This document shows, in pieces, positions 1 through 9,366 of a stretch of DNA of 49,552 bases (position 1 is its first letter; every line of letters starts with the position of its first letter). Position numbers and translations under genes: made by a program. The stretch is from Thaumarchaeota archaeon UBA141. GTDB taxonomy: Archaea > Thermoproteota > Nitrososphaeria > Nitrososphaerales > UBA141. The notes beneath the pieces are model-generated. The model ran no database searches. It was given only the letters and a program-made list of their open reading frames with translations, and was not told where the DNA came from. The DNA lies in assembly GCA_002495315.1 (NCBI GenBank), contig DAEN01000040.1, positions 1 to 49,552 of the forward strand, in the 5' to 3' direction.

Positions 1-109
1 GACGGTTAAGATGTCTTCTTCAGATGCTACTGTGATTTTGATTGGCTCTTTGTCAAAAACACTTGTTAAACCTGCCTAAAGGGTATTGATTGTACAGGAC
101 GTCTATATT

Positions 110-736
110 ATGTCGTGGATGACGGGGCGTGACCTTCGTAGTAATGATTCTCCTGCAGACCTTAGAGGTTCGATGAGAGAGCGTGTTGACCTAGCGGTAA
201 GACGCATTCAGATGCAGATTACTACTCTTGATTCTACTTCGAGTCGGCTTGCCCAGAAGGACCAGAAGATGTTTGATCAGGTTCAATCCGCGTTAAAATC
301 CCATGATCCTTCCAGAGCCACAGTAATAGCTAATGAATTGGTTCAAATTCGTGGAATGGCCCGGATGGTGAAACAGTCCAAACTTGCCTTTGAACAGATA
401 ATGATCCGTCTAAACACTCTCCGCGATCTGGGTGATGTAGTAGTCACTTTACAGCCTGCCATCTCTGTCATACGAAGTATCAAGCCCCATGTAGCCGCTA
501 CAATTCCTGAGGCAGAAGGAGGTATTAGTGAGCTGAGTGGACTACTCAATAGCATAATGGCCGAAGCAAGTCCAGGTCCATCAACTTCGAATATTGATAC
601 CTCGGGTGACGTTGCAGAGGATATCCTTACTGAAGCTTCAGCAGTCGCAGAAAAATGGGCAAAGGATAGATTTCCAGAAATTCCTACTGAGGTAGTAAAC
701 GTCCCCCAAAAACAAGTTAATGAAAGCATGGCCTAG
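110..736 (+). CDS. cdvB: CdvB/ESCRT-III (Snf7-family) cell division protein paralog
   Basis: Helical Snf7 core: 'ALKSHDPSRATVIANELVQIR', 'LAFEQIMIRLNTLRDLGDVVVTLQPA', 'AEDILTEASAVAE'. The ATG at 110 is preferred over the upstream TTG at 86. Confidence 0.85.
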   Translation: MSWMTGRDLRSNDSPADLRGSMRERVDLAVRRIQMQITTLDSTSSRLAQKDQKMFDQVQSALKSHDPSRATVIANELVQIRGMARMVKQSKLAFEQIMIRLNTLRDLGDVVVTLQPAISVIRSIKPHVAATIPEAEGGISELSGLLNSIMAEASPGPSTSNIDTSGDVAEDILTEASAVAEKWAKDRFPEIPTEVVNVPQKQVNESMA

Positions 737-795
737 TTTTTTCATCTAGAAATCAGCTAGGATATCTCTACTGGACAATCATCGTCGAATATTCG

Positions 796-1554
796 TCAAG
801 ATTCAAGAAGTCGCCCATAGCCTTCAATGCCGTCTTTAATGTCCAGCTCGCGCAAGCAATTCCAAATAGTAGCAATCGTGCCTGTAACTACGGGTTTACC
901 TGTCTCTCTCTCAAGCTTGTCGATGATTTCAATTGTCCTCATGTTTGGGACGGCCATAAGAAACGCTTCAACTTTTGGTGTGTCCATATCTCTCAGCATT
1001 CGGTAAGTCACTTCAGGGGGCTGACTAGAAACCTGGGCTGCGGTATTGAATCCTCCATTTTTCAGAGTAACTACTTCGAGACCGCTTGCTTCAAGATATC
1101 TCTGAACAGGGGCGAAAGCTTCAATCGAATTATAGGGAATCATGACTGCAATGTGGTGGGCCTTTAGGTGTTTGATGGCACGAGTTACACATGATGCGGT
1201 AGTGGTGGCCTTGACACCTGTCACTTCTTGCATCTCTTTGACCAGTCTCTTGTCGCCTTCGATCCCCGCAGACATGCTAGCACCAGCGTGAGTGAAGCAA
1301 ACTATATCGACCCCAACAGCATTAGTGCCTCCAGATAGCAACAGCGCAGTCTCTGAAGCAATAGAAACCATCTCGGCTTTTCCTTTACCAGAAATCTCGC
1401 GATATGGCAGTCGCGTGTAGTGACAAGAGACTCCTTCTGGTACAAGCTTAAACGCTTCAGCTTCAAATACGGCATTTGGAGAGGCTAGAACGATCCCTAA
1501 ACGAGCTCTCCATCCATACAACTTGATTGTTCGATGAGGAATCAAGTACGGCAA
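796..1554 (-). CDS. Maleate cis-trans isomerase / arylmalonate decarboxylase (Asp/Glu racemase) family protein, divergent
   Basis: 'YGWRARLGIVLASPNAVFEAE', 'PEGVSCHYTR' and 'LERETGKPVVT...WNCLR...GYGRLL' are typical of the family. Both catalytic Cys positions appear substituted. Confidence 0.8.
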   Translation of the reverse strand: MPYLIPHRTIKLYGWRARLGIVLASPNAVFEAEAFKLVPEGVSCHYTRLPYREISGKGKAEMVSIASETALLLSGGTNAVGVDIVCFTHAGASMSAGIEGDKRLVKEMQEVTGVKATTTASCVTRAIKHLKAHHIAVMIPYNSIEAFAPVQRYLEASGLEVVTLKNGGFNTAAQVSSQPPEVTYRMLRDMDTPKVEAFLMAVPNMRTIEIIDKLERETGKPVVTGTIATIWNCLRELDIKDGIEGYGRLLES

Positions 1555-1597
1555 TATATCCCTATATCTATCTTGTCTCCCTGGTGTTGACTAGAAA

Positions 1598-2263
1598 ATG
1601 GCGATATACCACGGTTCGGAAGCTTTGGCAAAACAAAAGATAAGCGTCATTTACGATCCCAAATCGTTTCAAAAACCCCACATCTACGATAGTGAAAGGA
1701 AATATGCTCTTTTAGTTGTTGACATGCTAAATGATTTCATTACGGGTACTCTGAAATGTGCTCGCGCGACTCCAATAGTTCCTCGGATTCAAAGTCTAAT
1801 TGACGCTGCTAGGTCCTCAGCAATTCCACTGATTTATTCGAAAGATTCGCATAGGCCGAAAGACTTTGAGATTCGCTCCAGATGGACACCTCATGCGATG
1901 CGGGGTACTAAAGGTGCAGACGTCATTCCAGAGTTAAAGTCTCGGAAAGGTGATTACTCGATTCCTAAGACAACCTATAGTTCATTCTACAATACCGATC
2001 TTGATGATGTTCTTCGATCGTTATATGATGGCACAGGAGCTAACACTCTTCTATTGACGGGCGTGCATACGGATTGTTGTATTCGTCATACATGTGCAGA
2101 TGCTTTCTTTCGTGGATATGAGACATTTGTTATGAGAGATGGAGTAAATTCCTTCACGGAAGCTCAGCATCAGTTTGGATTACAGTACATACAGTACTGG
2201 TATGCAACAGGTATAGTTTCTACAAGGGAGATGACTAGACGGCTGAGTGGACGTACCCGGTAG
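1598..2263 (+). CDS. Isochorismatase-family cysteine hydrolase (nicotinamidase-like)
   Basis: Asp-Lys-Cys triad motifs 'VVDMLNDF', 'KTTYSSF' and 'GVHTDCCI'; metal-binding 'DSH...WTPH'. Confidence 0.88.
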   Translation: MAIYHGSEALAKQKISVIYDPKSFQKPHIYDSERKYALLVVDMLNDFITGTLKCARATPIVPRIQSLIDAARSSAIPLIYSKDSHRPKDFEIRSRWTPHAMRGTKGADVIPELKSRKGDYSIPKTTYSSFYNTDLDDVLRSLYDGTGANTLLLTGVHTDCCIRHTCADAFFRGYETFVMRDGVNSFTEAQHQFGLQYIQYWYATGIVSTREMTRRLSGRTR

Positions 2264-2286
2264 AAGAATTATCTTGATGAAAGTAG

Positions 2287-3735
2287 CTAAGTCACTTCCC
2301 GACGAAGATACTTTCCTCGTCCTGATTTGCCAATGATTTCTGCTCGAGCTTTATCTTTTGGTCGTTCTGCTATAATCTCTCCTCGAGAAACTACAAGGGT
2401 AGGCCAACCTTGAAACTCTCTGCCTTCATAGATGGACCATCCAGTGCAGGTGTGTAGCATCTCTGAAGACACTCTGATTACTCTTTTCGGATCCACGAGC
2501 AGAAGATCTGCGTCGGCGCCGATAGCAATTACACCTTTCTTAGGGTATAGGCCAAAGGCTTTGGCAGTATTCTCACAACATACTTGGACAAGGCGTTCAA
2601 TGGTTATTCTGCCCTTATTCACTCCTTCATCCATCATCACTGGGAATAACGCTTCAACTCGTGAGGAAAACCCTCCCTTCACTGACCAAGCGTCGTCCTT
2701 GACTTCTAACTGCTCTCTGGGCCCGTGAGCAATATGATCAGTTCCTACGCAATCGATATCCCCCTTTGCCAGAGCTATCCAAAGTCGAGCTATCGTCTCG
2801 GGATCCCGGAGAGGCACGTTAATCCTCCACCCGTCGTGTTTACTTATGCTAAGATAATGGTGGCCCGTCTGGGCCATGATCTTGATACCTTCTGCTCGAG
2901 CTCTTCGAATTTCATCTATTGTTTCCTGTGTCGTAGTATGTTGGATGTAGATTGGGCACCCAGTGACTTTCCCCAAGTAAGCGTAAGACCGAACGTGGTG
3001 GGCCTCGCAGAAGTGAGGAGATTTATCATCCCACGTTGCTGCGGTTCTCTCGCTGTTCGCTGCGATAAGTCTATCTTCAAAAATACTTGCAATTTCCCAA
3101 TTTTCACAGTGCATGCAAACGCGTCCACGAGGAGCTAGTTTTGCCGCGTTTTCCATTCCTAGATAGATGGCCCTGTCATCGTAGCTAACGAACCCCACCT
3201 TCATTGGCCAATACTTCGAATGTTTGGGGTTCTTCTGGTGAAGATAGTACTTGTAAGTTGTCACTCCAAACTGAGAAGCGTAATCAGGTATCTCCTCCGC
3301 CTGGCTATTGGTCTGGAGTATAGGCGTGAAATAGAAATCTATGAGCGAGTTCTGCTCTCCTATTCTTATTCCCTCTGGTAGCACCTCTTTGAATGATGGG
3401 ACGTCGTCGGGGCCCTGGATCTCCTTAACTGGCCTTTTTATTGTGGGAGAAGTTTGCATCAAGCCCCAGGTGGTCACTCCTGCAGCTCCAGCTGCTCGTG
3501 TCTCTGATATCATATCTTCCAGAATTGGCCTGGTTGCTCCCATGTGACACTCGGGATCGACAAGGCCTGGCAGTAAGAGCAGGCCACCAGCATCGATTAT
3601 CTTGGAAGAATCCAGAAGAGTTGTGTTGGAGGTCACAGCTACAATTTTTTCCTCATCAACAGCAACTCCACCGTCCATAACGCCGTTAGGCGTTACTATC
3701 CTTGCATTCTTTATTACGAGATCTACTGCTGGCAA
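2287..3735 (-). CDS. Cyclic amidohydrolase (dihydroorotase/allantoinase/hydantoinase family)
   Basis: 'LLLPGLVDPECH', carboxylated-Lys region 'YKYY', 'HCEN', 'QHTT', 'GTDH' and 'KKGVIAIGADADL'. Confidence 0.85.
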   Translation of the reverse strand: MPAVDLVIKNARIVTPNGVMDGGVAVDEEKIVAVTSNTTLLDSSKIIDAGGLLLLPGLVDPECHMGATRPILEDMISETRAAGAAGVTTWGLMQTSPTIKRPVKEIQGPDDVPSFKEVLPEGIRIGEQNSLIDFYFTPILQTNSQAEEIPDYASQFGVTTYKYYLHQKNPKHSKYWPMKVGFVSYDDRAIYLGMENAAKLAPRGRVCMHCENWEIASIFEDRLIAANSERTAATWDDKSPHFCEAHHVRSYAYLGKVTGCPIYIQHTTTQETIDEIRRARAEGIKIMAQTGHHYLSISKHDGWRINVPLRDPETIARLWIALAKGDIDCVGTDHIAHGPREQLEVKDDAWSVKGGFSSRVEALFPVMMDEGVNKGRITIERLVQVCCENTAKAFGLYPKKGVIAIGADADLLLVDPKRVIRVSSEMLHTCTGWSIYEGREFQGWPTLVVSRGEIIAERPKDKARAEIIGKSGRGKYLRREVT

Positions 3736-3804
3736 TTGATACAGATAACCTCGGTTAGAGGCAGTATATACGTTCAGTAGATAAGCAGTTTAAAATCGCG
3801 ATCA

Positions 3805-4674
3805 TTACTGTTTCTTTCTTTTTAGTGCTTGTTCTATTGCTCGCTTGGTGAAGACTCGTGTCATGCGCTTTCTATAATCAGCACTAGCACGTAGATCTGA
3901 GATAGGAGAAACGGATTTGAAAGCTCCTTCCGCTGCTGCTAGCACTGCGTTTCCGTCTATGTGTTTTCCACGTAGAGCGTCTTCTGCCTCCGCTGACCGG
4001 AATGGCATCTCATTCACTCCGCCCAAGGCCAGAGCTACATCCTGACAGATATCGTCATCCCCAAAGGTCATTTGAATGGCTACGCTTACAATTGCAAAGT
4101 CGCCGGGGCCCATGCTCAGTTTAAGGTAAGAACCAACTGTCCCATTCTTGGGGGAAGGGATACGTATTTCAGTCATAAGTTCTTGAGAATTCAATACCGT
4201 GGAGAATGCTCCTATGAAGAACTCGTGAGCGTTTACAGATCTTGTTCCATCCTTCCCTGAGACAATAAACTCTGCATCTTGTACTAACATGGCCGGGAGC
4301 CAATCAGCAGAGGGATCCGCGTGGCAAAGACTACCACCAATCGTGCCGCGGTTCCTTATCTGAGTGTGACCGATAGCTTTAGCTGTATCAAATAGAATAG
4401 GCCATTTCCTGGCTATTATATCCGAGGACTCTATATCAGCGTGTCTAGTCATGGCACCTATACTTAGCACCTCACTATCTTCTTTTATGTATGAAAGCCC
4501 TTGGATTTTCTTGAGATCGACTAGATATTTTGGTTCGGCAAGTCTAAGCTTCATCAAAAGTAACAGACTCTGGCCTCCTGCTAATGCCTTGGCCTCATCA
4601 CCGTATTTGGAAAGCAGAGAGATTGCTTCGTTCACTGAAGATGGGACGAAGTACTCGAAGTCTTTGGGAGTCAA
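3805..4674 (-). CDS. Xanthine dehydrogenase/CO dehydrogenase family FAD-binding medium subunit (CoxM/CutM-like)
   Basis: 'AGGQSL', 'IRNRGTIGGSLCHADPSAD' and 'SDLRASADYR' motifs. Confidence 0.92.
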   Translation of the reverse strand: MTPKDFEYFVPSSVNEAISLLSKYGDEAKALAGGQSLLLLMKLRLAEPKYLVDLKKIQGLSYIKEDSEVLSIGAMTRHADIESSDIIARKWPILFDTAKAIGHTQIRNRGTIGGSLCHADPSADWLPAMLVQDAEFIVSGKDGTRSVNAHEFFIGAFSTVLNSQELMTEIRIPSPKNGTVGSYLKLSMGPGDFAIVSVAIQMTFGDDDICQDVALALGGVNEMPFRSAEAEDALRGKHIDGNAVLAAAEGAFKSVSPISDLRASADYRKRMTRVFTKRAIEQALKRKKQ

Positions 4675-4821
4675 TCTTTTCCTTATGTCGTTTTAGCATA
4701 TTTTAACTTTAGACACCATACAGCTTTACTCATAGACTATCTCTTAGTACTTTTTCGCTCTTGTTAACAAATCATCCACTCATATTTATACAACTGTCTT
4801 GGAGACTTGTTTAGATGTAAA

Positions 4822-5865
4822 ATGATCAAGTTTGCACTTAGCTACTATAGCCTCCTGGATATATCGTTAGAAGATATTGTCGCTACTATACAACACGCTG
4901 ACGAGGTAGGAATTCACTATGCTGTTCTTGGCCAGTCTGCCGTCAGGGATTGTTTCATCGGTCTCACACAGGTAGCCAACGCCACAAAGAATATTCAGCT
5001 TGGCACCAATATTATTCCCATCTACACGAGAACCCCCACGGATCTGGCTATGTCCGTGATCACTCTCAATGAAGCAACGGGTGGCCGATTCACTCTTCTT
5101 GGACTAGGTGCTGGCGGCCGTCTGAAGATAGAACCAAATCATGGAGTAAAAGTTGAAAAGACTGCTGCCAGAATGAAGGAGTATATCGAGATAATTCGTT
5201 CAATTCTGACAGGCCAGAAGACTGACTATGATGGCAAGTTCTTCAAGCTAAACAATGCGTGGATTCCCCAAACGCACGGGGTTGGTACATCAGCCAGTGA
5301 TCTTGTAAAGAACCAGGACAAGGTCCGCATATATGTGGGCGCTACTGGTCCATTAGTACTCAAAGTTACAGGAGCCCATGCAGATGGTGTAATATTCAAT
5401 TCCCTGTCCACGCCTGAATATCTAAAATGGGCAATCGATGTAATGAAAGAAGGAGCAAAAGAGGCCGGAAGGGACTTCTCCGAAATAGAGCTAGGTTGTA
5501 GCATGGTTATGGCTGCAAATGACGATCCTGAGAAAGTCAGAGATGCGGTACAGCGTGCTTGTCTCTATTATCTCCGTGAAGACCATCATCAGTTTACTAT
5601 GGGAGGAGCTGGATTCAGTGATGTACACAAGAAGATTCGCGAGACGTACCTTGGCGGAAATCTAGAGGCGTCATTAGATCTGATTGATGACCGTGTGATC
5701 AATAAGATAGCATTTATGGGAACTCCCGAAGACGTTCGTAAAAAGGTCGAGGAATATGAAAGACTCGGCATAACTCTTTCAATCATCCGAAATGTCGTTG
5801 ATAGAGAAACGGGAAGAAAGACGATAATGGACAACATCGATGCTATGGTGCCCTTAGTTGTGTAA
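4822..5865 (+). CDS. LLM-class (luciferase-like, probably F420-dependent, Mer-like) oxidoreductase
   Basis: 'IQLGTNIIPIYTRTP', 'GGRFTLLGLGAG' and 'IYVGATGP..LKVTGAHADGV'. The ATG at 4822 is preferred over the TTG at 4807. Confidence 0.88.
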   Translation: MIKFALSYYSLLDISLEDIVATIQHADEVGIHYAVLGQSAVRDCFIGLTQVANATKNIQLGTNIIPIYTRTPTDLAMSVITLNEATGGRFTLLGLGAGGRLKIEPNHGVKVEKTAARMKEYIEIIRSILTGQKTDYDGKFFKLNNAWIPQTHGVGTSASDLVKNQDKVRIYVGATGPLVLKVTGAHADGVIFNSLSTPEYLKWAIDVMKEGAKEAGRDFSEIELGCSMVMAANDDPEKVRDAVQRACLYYLREDHHQFTMGGAGFSDVHKKIRETYLGGNLEASLDLIDDRVINKIAFMGTPEDVRKKVEEYERLGITLSIIRNVVDRETGRKTIMDNIDAMVPLVV

Positions 5866-5999
5866 CTGAACCATCCAGTATTCAAACACTACATGGATGA
5901 TTTTTCGCGAGCATGGTTAGAAGAAAAGATGTCAATTGTCATCAGAGAGCGCTTTAACGTTTATCCAGTAATGAAATAACTCAATTTCTCTTTCAAATC

Positions 6000-6482
6000 A
6001 TGACTCTAAAACGCTACATACCAATGGCAGACGACGATCTATGGGAATTCCTGGAGCTTCAGAGAATAGCATCCATAGCTACGCTCACGTCAGAAGGGTT
6101 GCCACATTCGACCCCTGTTTGGTTTGTCATTGAAGGAAGAAAGCTCTTTTTCCGCGTTCAGTCATATAAAGCCAAATTTAGGAATATCAGTCAATTTTCT
6201 ACCGTTTCGTGCTCCTTCGAAGATGGAGATAAATACACGGAACTGCGAGGTGTCTCAATCCTTGGAAAGGCCCAAGTAATTACGGATCTAGCTATGTACA
6301 ATCGTATCAATCTAAAACTCTTAGAGAAGTACAAGAACGAAAGGAATTATGAAGAAATGCCTGAAGCCTGGAGAGTGAAATTCGAAGCTGAGCCAAGAAA
6401 AATTGTAGAGATTACACCTCTTCACATCTATTCATGGGATAACCGTGAATGGTGTAAGAGCCAGAGTGATCATCATGGATAA
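6000..6482 (+). CDS. Pyridoxamine 5'-phosphate oxidase-family (PPOX class, flavin/F420-binding split barrel) protein
   Basis: 'IATLTSEGLPHSTPVWF...KFRNI...ELRGVSILGKA...SWD'. Confidence 0.85.
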   Translation: MTLKRYIPMADDDLWEFLELQRIASIATLTSEGLPHSTPVWFVIEGRKLFFRVQSYKAKFRNISQFSTVSCSFEDGDKYTELRGVSILGKAQVITDLAMYNRINLKLLEKYKNERNYEEMPEAWRVKFEAEPRKIVEITPLHIYSWDNREWCKSQSDHHG

Positions 6483-6586
6483 ATTTCAATGTCCATTCAA
6501 TGTATCGCTTGTACGAGTCGGAGAAATTTAGTTCTCTACAGAAGACATACCTTTAAAGGTCAAATAGCGATTTCGCCTAATCCATT

Positions 6587-6808
6587 GTGGAAGACAAGAA
6601 GCTTATTGAAAAGCGGTATAAGCTGCTTGAAAGTATCAAAGGTGCCTTAAGTACTGCAGCACTAGTTAGCATGATCTATGCCTGGTACTTTGATGGCTTC
6701 CAGTTGTATTCTATCTATCCACTTATCGTAATGGCTGTCTTTCTTCCCATGATTGTCCTGACTTCGAGACTTGCTTCCAGATACTACGATCTTTATATTA
6801 GTGATTAA
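6587..6808 (+). CDS. Small hypothetical membrane protein (2 TM)
   Basis: Two hydrophobic stretches. A TATA-like CTTTAAA lies about 30 bp upstream. Confidence 0.5.
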   Translation: MEDKKLIEKRYKLLESIKGALSTAALVSMIYAWYFDGFQLYSIYPLIVMAVFLPMIVLTSRLASRYYDLYISD

Positions 6809-6869
6809 GAAGAAACTTAACGACTGAAAGAATAGTCAAGAAGAGAGCAGGTCAAAAATCAGCAAGTTC

Positions 6870-6893
6870 AATCAGAAAACATATTTTCTGATT
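6870..6893. terminator. Perfect 10-bp hairpin between convergent genes (possible bidirectional terminator or 3' stabiliser)
   Basis: AATCAGAAAA-CATA-TTTTCTGATT lies between the 3' ends of 6587..6808(+) and 6909..7637(-). Confidence 0.45.
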
Positions 6894-6908
6894 CGGTCAG
6901 CAACTTTT

Positions 6909-7637
6909 TCATCCTCCATACTGTACTTCTTCTTTGATATTTGTAGAAATGACCTTGAAAGATGGAGCTTTCATTTTACCGTGTCTAGAGAGGTTCAACA
7001 AAAGTGGAACTAATCCCTCTATTTGCCGTGCAACGGGCAAAGGTCCCGCGTAAACTGGATTTAGACCTGGGATTTCTTTCAGGAGATCTGCTATTACTTG
7101 GACAGCTTCCTGGTCATCTCCAGCCATAAAGACGTCATAGTCTAGTTGTCTATCGAATTTTGATAACATTATTGCGGGGATGGTGTTCAAGGCCACCACT
7201 ATTCTGGTCTGTGGAAGATATTGGGCAATTAGTTCGGCAGCGGATCCTTTAGTGTTTTCCTGCATAGAGAGCTCTTGATCCACGTAGATGAAATGATCTC
7301 CTTTCTTTTCCATAGGGACTATTGGTGAAAGAATGATCGCATGAGATTTTACCACGGGTTCAATCATTTTAGCCATCTGAGGAATGAAAACATATGGTAA
7401 AGCAGGAACGATCACGTCGGAATCTCTTATGGCTTCAGTGTTTTCTCCTCCTTGAATTCGTTCATAGCCGTCATGGCGTTCTTTGACTTCTTGGCGGTAC
7501 TCTTCGGCTAATCGTTTTCCTTTTTCAGAGTCCCTCGATCCGATGGCGATCTCATGATGTGCTGACCAGCGTAGAGCAAGTCCTCCTCCTAATGTACCCG
7601 TGCCGCCCAGGATAGCAATCTTCAAGCTCAAAATCAC
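6909..7637 (-). CDS. npdG: NADPH-dependent F420 reductase (F420H2:NADP+ oxidoreductase)
   Basis: 'KIAILGGTGTLGGGLALRW...IGSRDSEK', 'GSAAELIA', 'DYDVFMAGDD' and 'IEGLVPLLLNL'. Confidence 0.88.
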   Translation of the reverse strand: MILSLKIAILGGTGTLGGGLALRWSAHHEIAIGSRDSEKGKRLAEEYRQEVKERHDGYERIQGGENTEAIRDSDVIVPALPYVFIPQMAKMIEPVVKSHAIILSPIVPMEKKGDHFIYVDQELSMQENTKGSAAELIAQYLPQTRIVVALNTIPAIMLSKFDRQLDYDVFMAGDDQEAVQVIADLLKEIPGLNPVYAGPLPVARQIEGLVPLLLNLSRHGKMKAPSFKVISTNIKEEVQYGG

Positions 7638-7669
7638 TTCAGAATGGGAGTCTCATCTGAATGAGATCT

Positions 7670-8440
7670 TTATCGATATATTTCTTTATCATCTGCAGGA
7701 GTTACTTGTTGTTCCTCGGTCTTCATGATATCACCAATTATTTCTTTCATCTCTTCTGCTTTTTTGTCCAGGCTAGACACATCTATCTTAAAGTTGAGCA
7801 TACTTGAGAGAACTTTCAGTATTGCTTTGACTGCTCTTGGGTGAGGTCTAGGTTCACCGTGGTTAACTGCTAATCGATATCCCTGCATTGCCTGAAGCTT
7901 GGCCATTCCTATTACTAGCGAGCTAAAGTAAAGTGATGGTTCATCCTTCATTATCTTCACGTCTTTTTTTCTTAGTCGACGTACTCCTTCTTGATGTGTT
8001 GCGAAGCCTAGTACTTCAGGTACATCTTTAGGAGATGGTGTCTCAAGAAAACGCGCCCCTATGGAATAAACCTCGTTAGTACCCATGGATTTGGCGAAAT
8101 TCAAGATTTCTTCTGCAAGCTCATAGTTCTGGGTGTTTGGTGATGAAGTACTGGTGAAGACTAAAAGATCTTGACGTCCCTTGAGATAATAAAAATCTCC
8201 CGTTGGGACGGCAGATACACCATCGGCACCTATCTTTACTTCAGAGGGGAAGGCGTCTGAATATACCCTTGCAAAGAGCTTAAAGCTCATTTTGTCTATC
8301 ATGAACTTTGCGAGTTCGTTTGCATGAGAATATAGTAGCGCGTAGTTGGGATTCGATGTGGAAACTCCAATGATAAGCGGTGGATCACTGAGCTGGGGAG
8401 TTTCATATACTTCCCATTTTGTCCACATAATAAGACTCAC
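7670..8440 (-). CDS. PAC2-family proteasome assembly chaperone-like protein
   Basis: 'FARVYSDAFP', 'YELAEEILNFAKSMG', 'PHPRAVKAILKVL' and 'IDVSSLDKKAEE', with a C-terminal HbYX-like 'IYR'. Confidence 0.78.
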   Translation of the reverse strand: MSLIMWTKWEVYETPQLSDPPLIIGVSTSNPNYALLYSHANELAKFMIDKMSFKLFARVYSDAFPSEVKIGADGVSAVPTGDFYYLKGRQDLLVFTSTSSPNTQNYELAEEILNFAKSMGTNEVYSIGARFLETPSPKDVPEVLGFATHQEGVRRLRKKDVKIMKDEPSLYFSSLVIGMAKLQAMQGYRLAVNHGEPRPHPRAVKAILKVLSSMLNFKIDVSSLDKKAEEMKEIIGDIMKTEEQQVTPADDKEIYR

Positions 8441-8700
8441 CGCGAATACTCATTAAAGGACCTTGCCGTATTATCCTCTTCCGATCGATATAATTTTGGA
8501 ACAGGGAGACAATTACTTCTTTCCATTAGTTCACGTCCATGTTTTCACGACCAAACCTAGGATCTCTTCTATTATTGCTCATGGTTTTCGACGTGTTTCC
8601 TTATTCGTGCCTTTGATACTTAGTACGTATTCAGAACAATTAGGCGCCTTCATAGCTTTATATAAATTTCATACTCATTCATCAATAAGTACCAACAGCA

Positions 8701-9078
8701 TTGCAACCAGATTCTAAAACGGCCTTTGCCGTAAGATTACTTTGAATTTCGCTTATTTTTGGAATAATAAGAGCAGTATTAGAGATTACAAAGATAAAAG
8801 AAATAATAGGAATGATTATTGGAGTTGGTATTGCACTCCCAATTATAGCAATTATAGCACTACTTATCTATATGATTGGAAAGGGGAAAAATTGGGCTAA
8901 ACTCACGTATCTGGTTCTTTTTATAGTGGGCCTTAGTCTAAACATACCTGCTTTAGTCATATCAATATTCACAAACCCGTTATTTACGGTTTTACGTTTA
9001 GGTGATATGATACCAGCTGGAATTGGACTTATTCTGTTGTTTCGGCATTACCAACCTAAAACATCTGACGACTTCTAG
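8701..9078 (+). pseudogene. Small multi-pass membrane protein interrupted by an in-frame TGA at 8743
   Basis: The frame from TTG 8701 reads LQPDSKTAFAVRLL*ISLIFGIIRAVLE and continues into ORF 8812..9078 ('GKGKNWAKLTYLVLF'). A TATA (TTTATATAAA) lies at about 8657-8666. Confidence 0.5.
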
Positions 9079-9366
9079 TACGTTCCAGTGAGATCGACGT
9101 CATTCGATTGATTCCAGTAACGACCTAAAGAACCACGTTCGTCTTTTTCGTGTAGTTCTCAATTCTATTCTCTATATTCGCAAAAAAAAGCACAAGAAAT
9201 TCGTCATCAAAGATCGATGTTGTGAGGCGTTATTTAGATGAAGGTAATGAGTAGTAGTGATAATCACATATAACGGAATAAATATTTTGTAAACCATCAT
9301 CAAACAAATAAAATGGAAAGGTTCATTAAGTATGAGTGTCATTGAATGAATTAAGGAGGGAATACA

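Noticed and set aside
8463-8717. 84-aa plus-strand ORF
   Set aside because: It has no motif, spans promoter-like AT-rich sequence and overlaps the better-supported frame starting at 8701.
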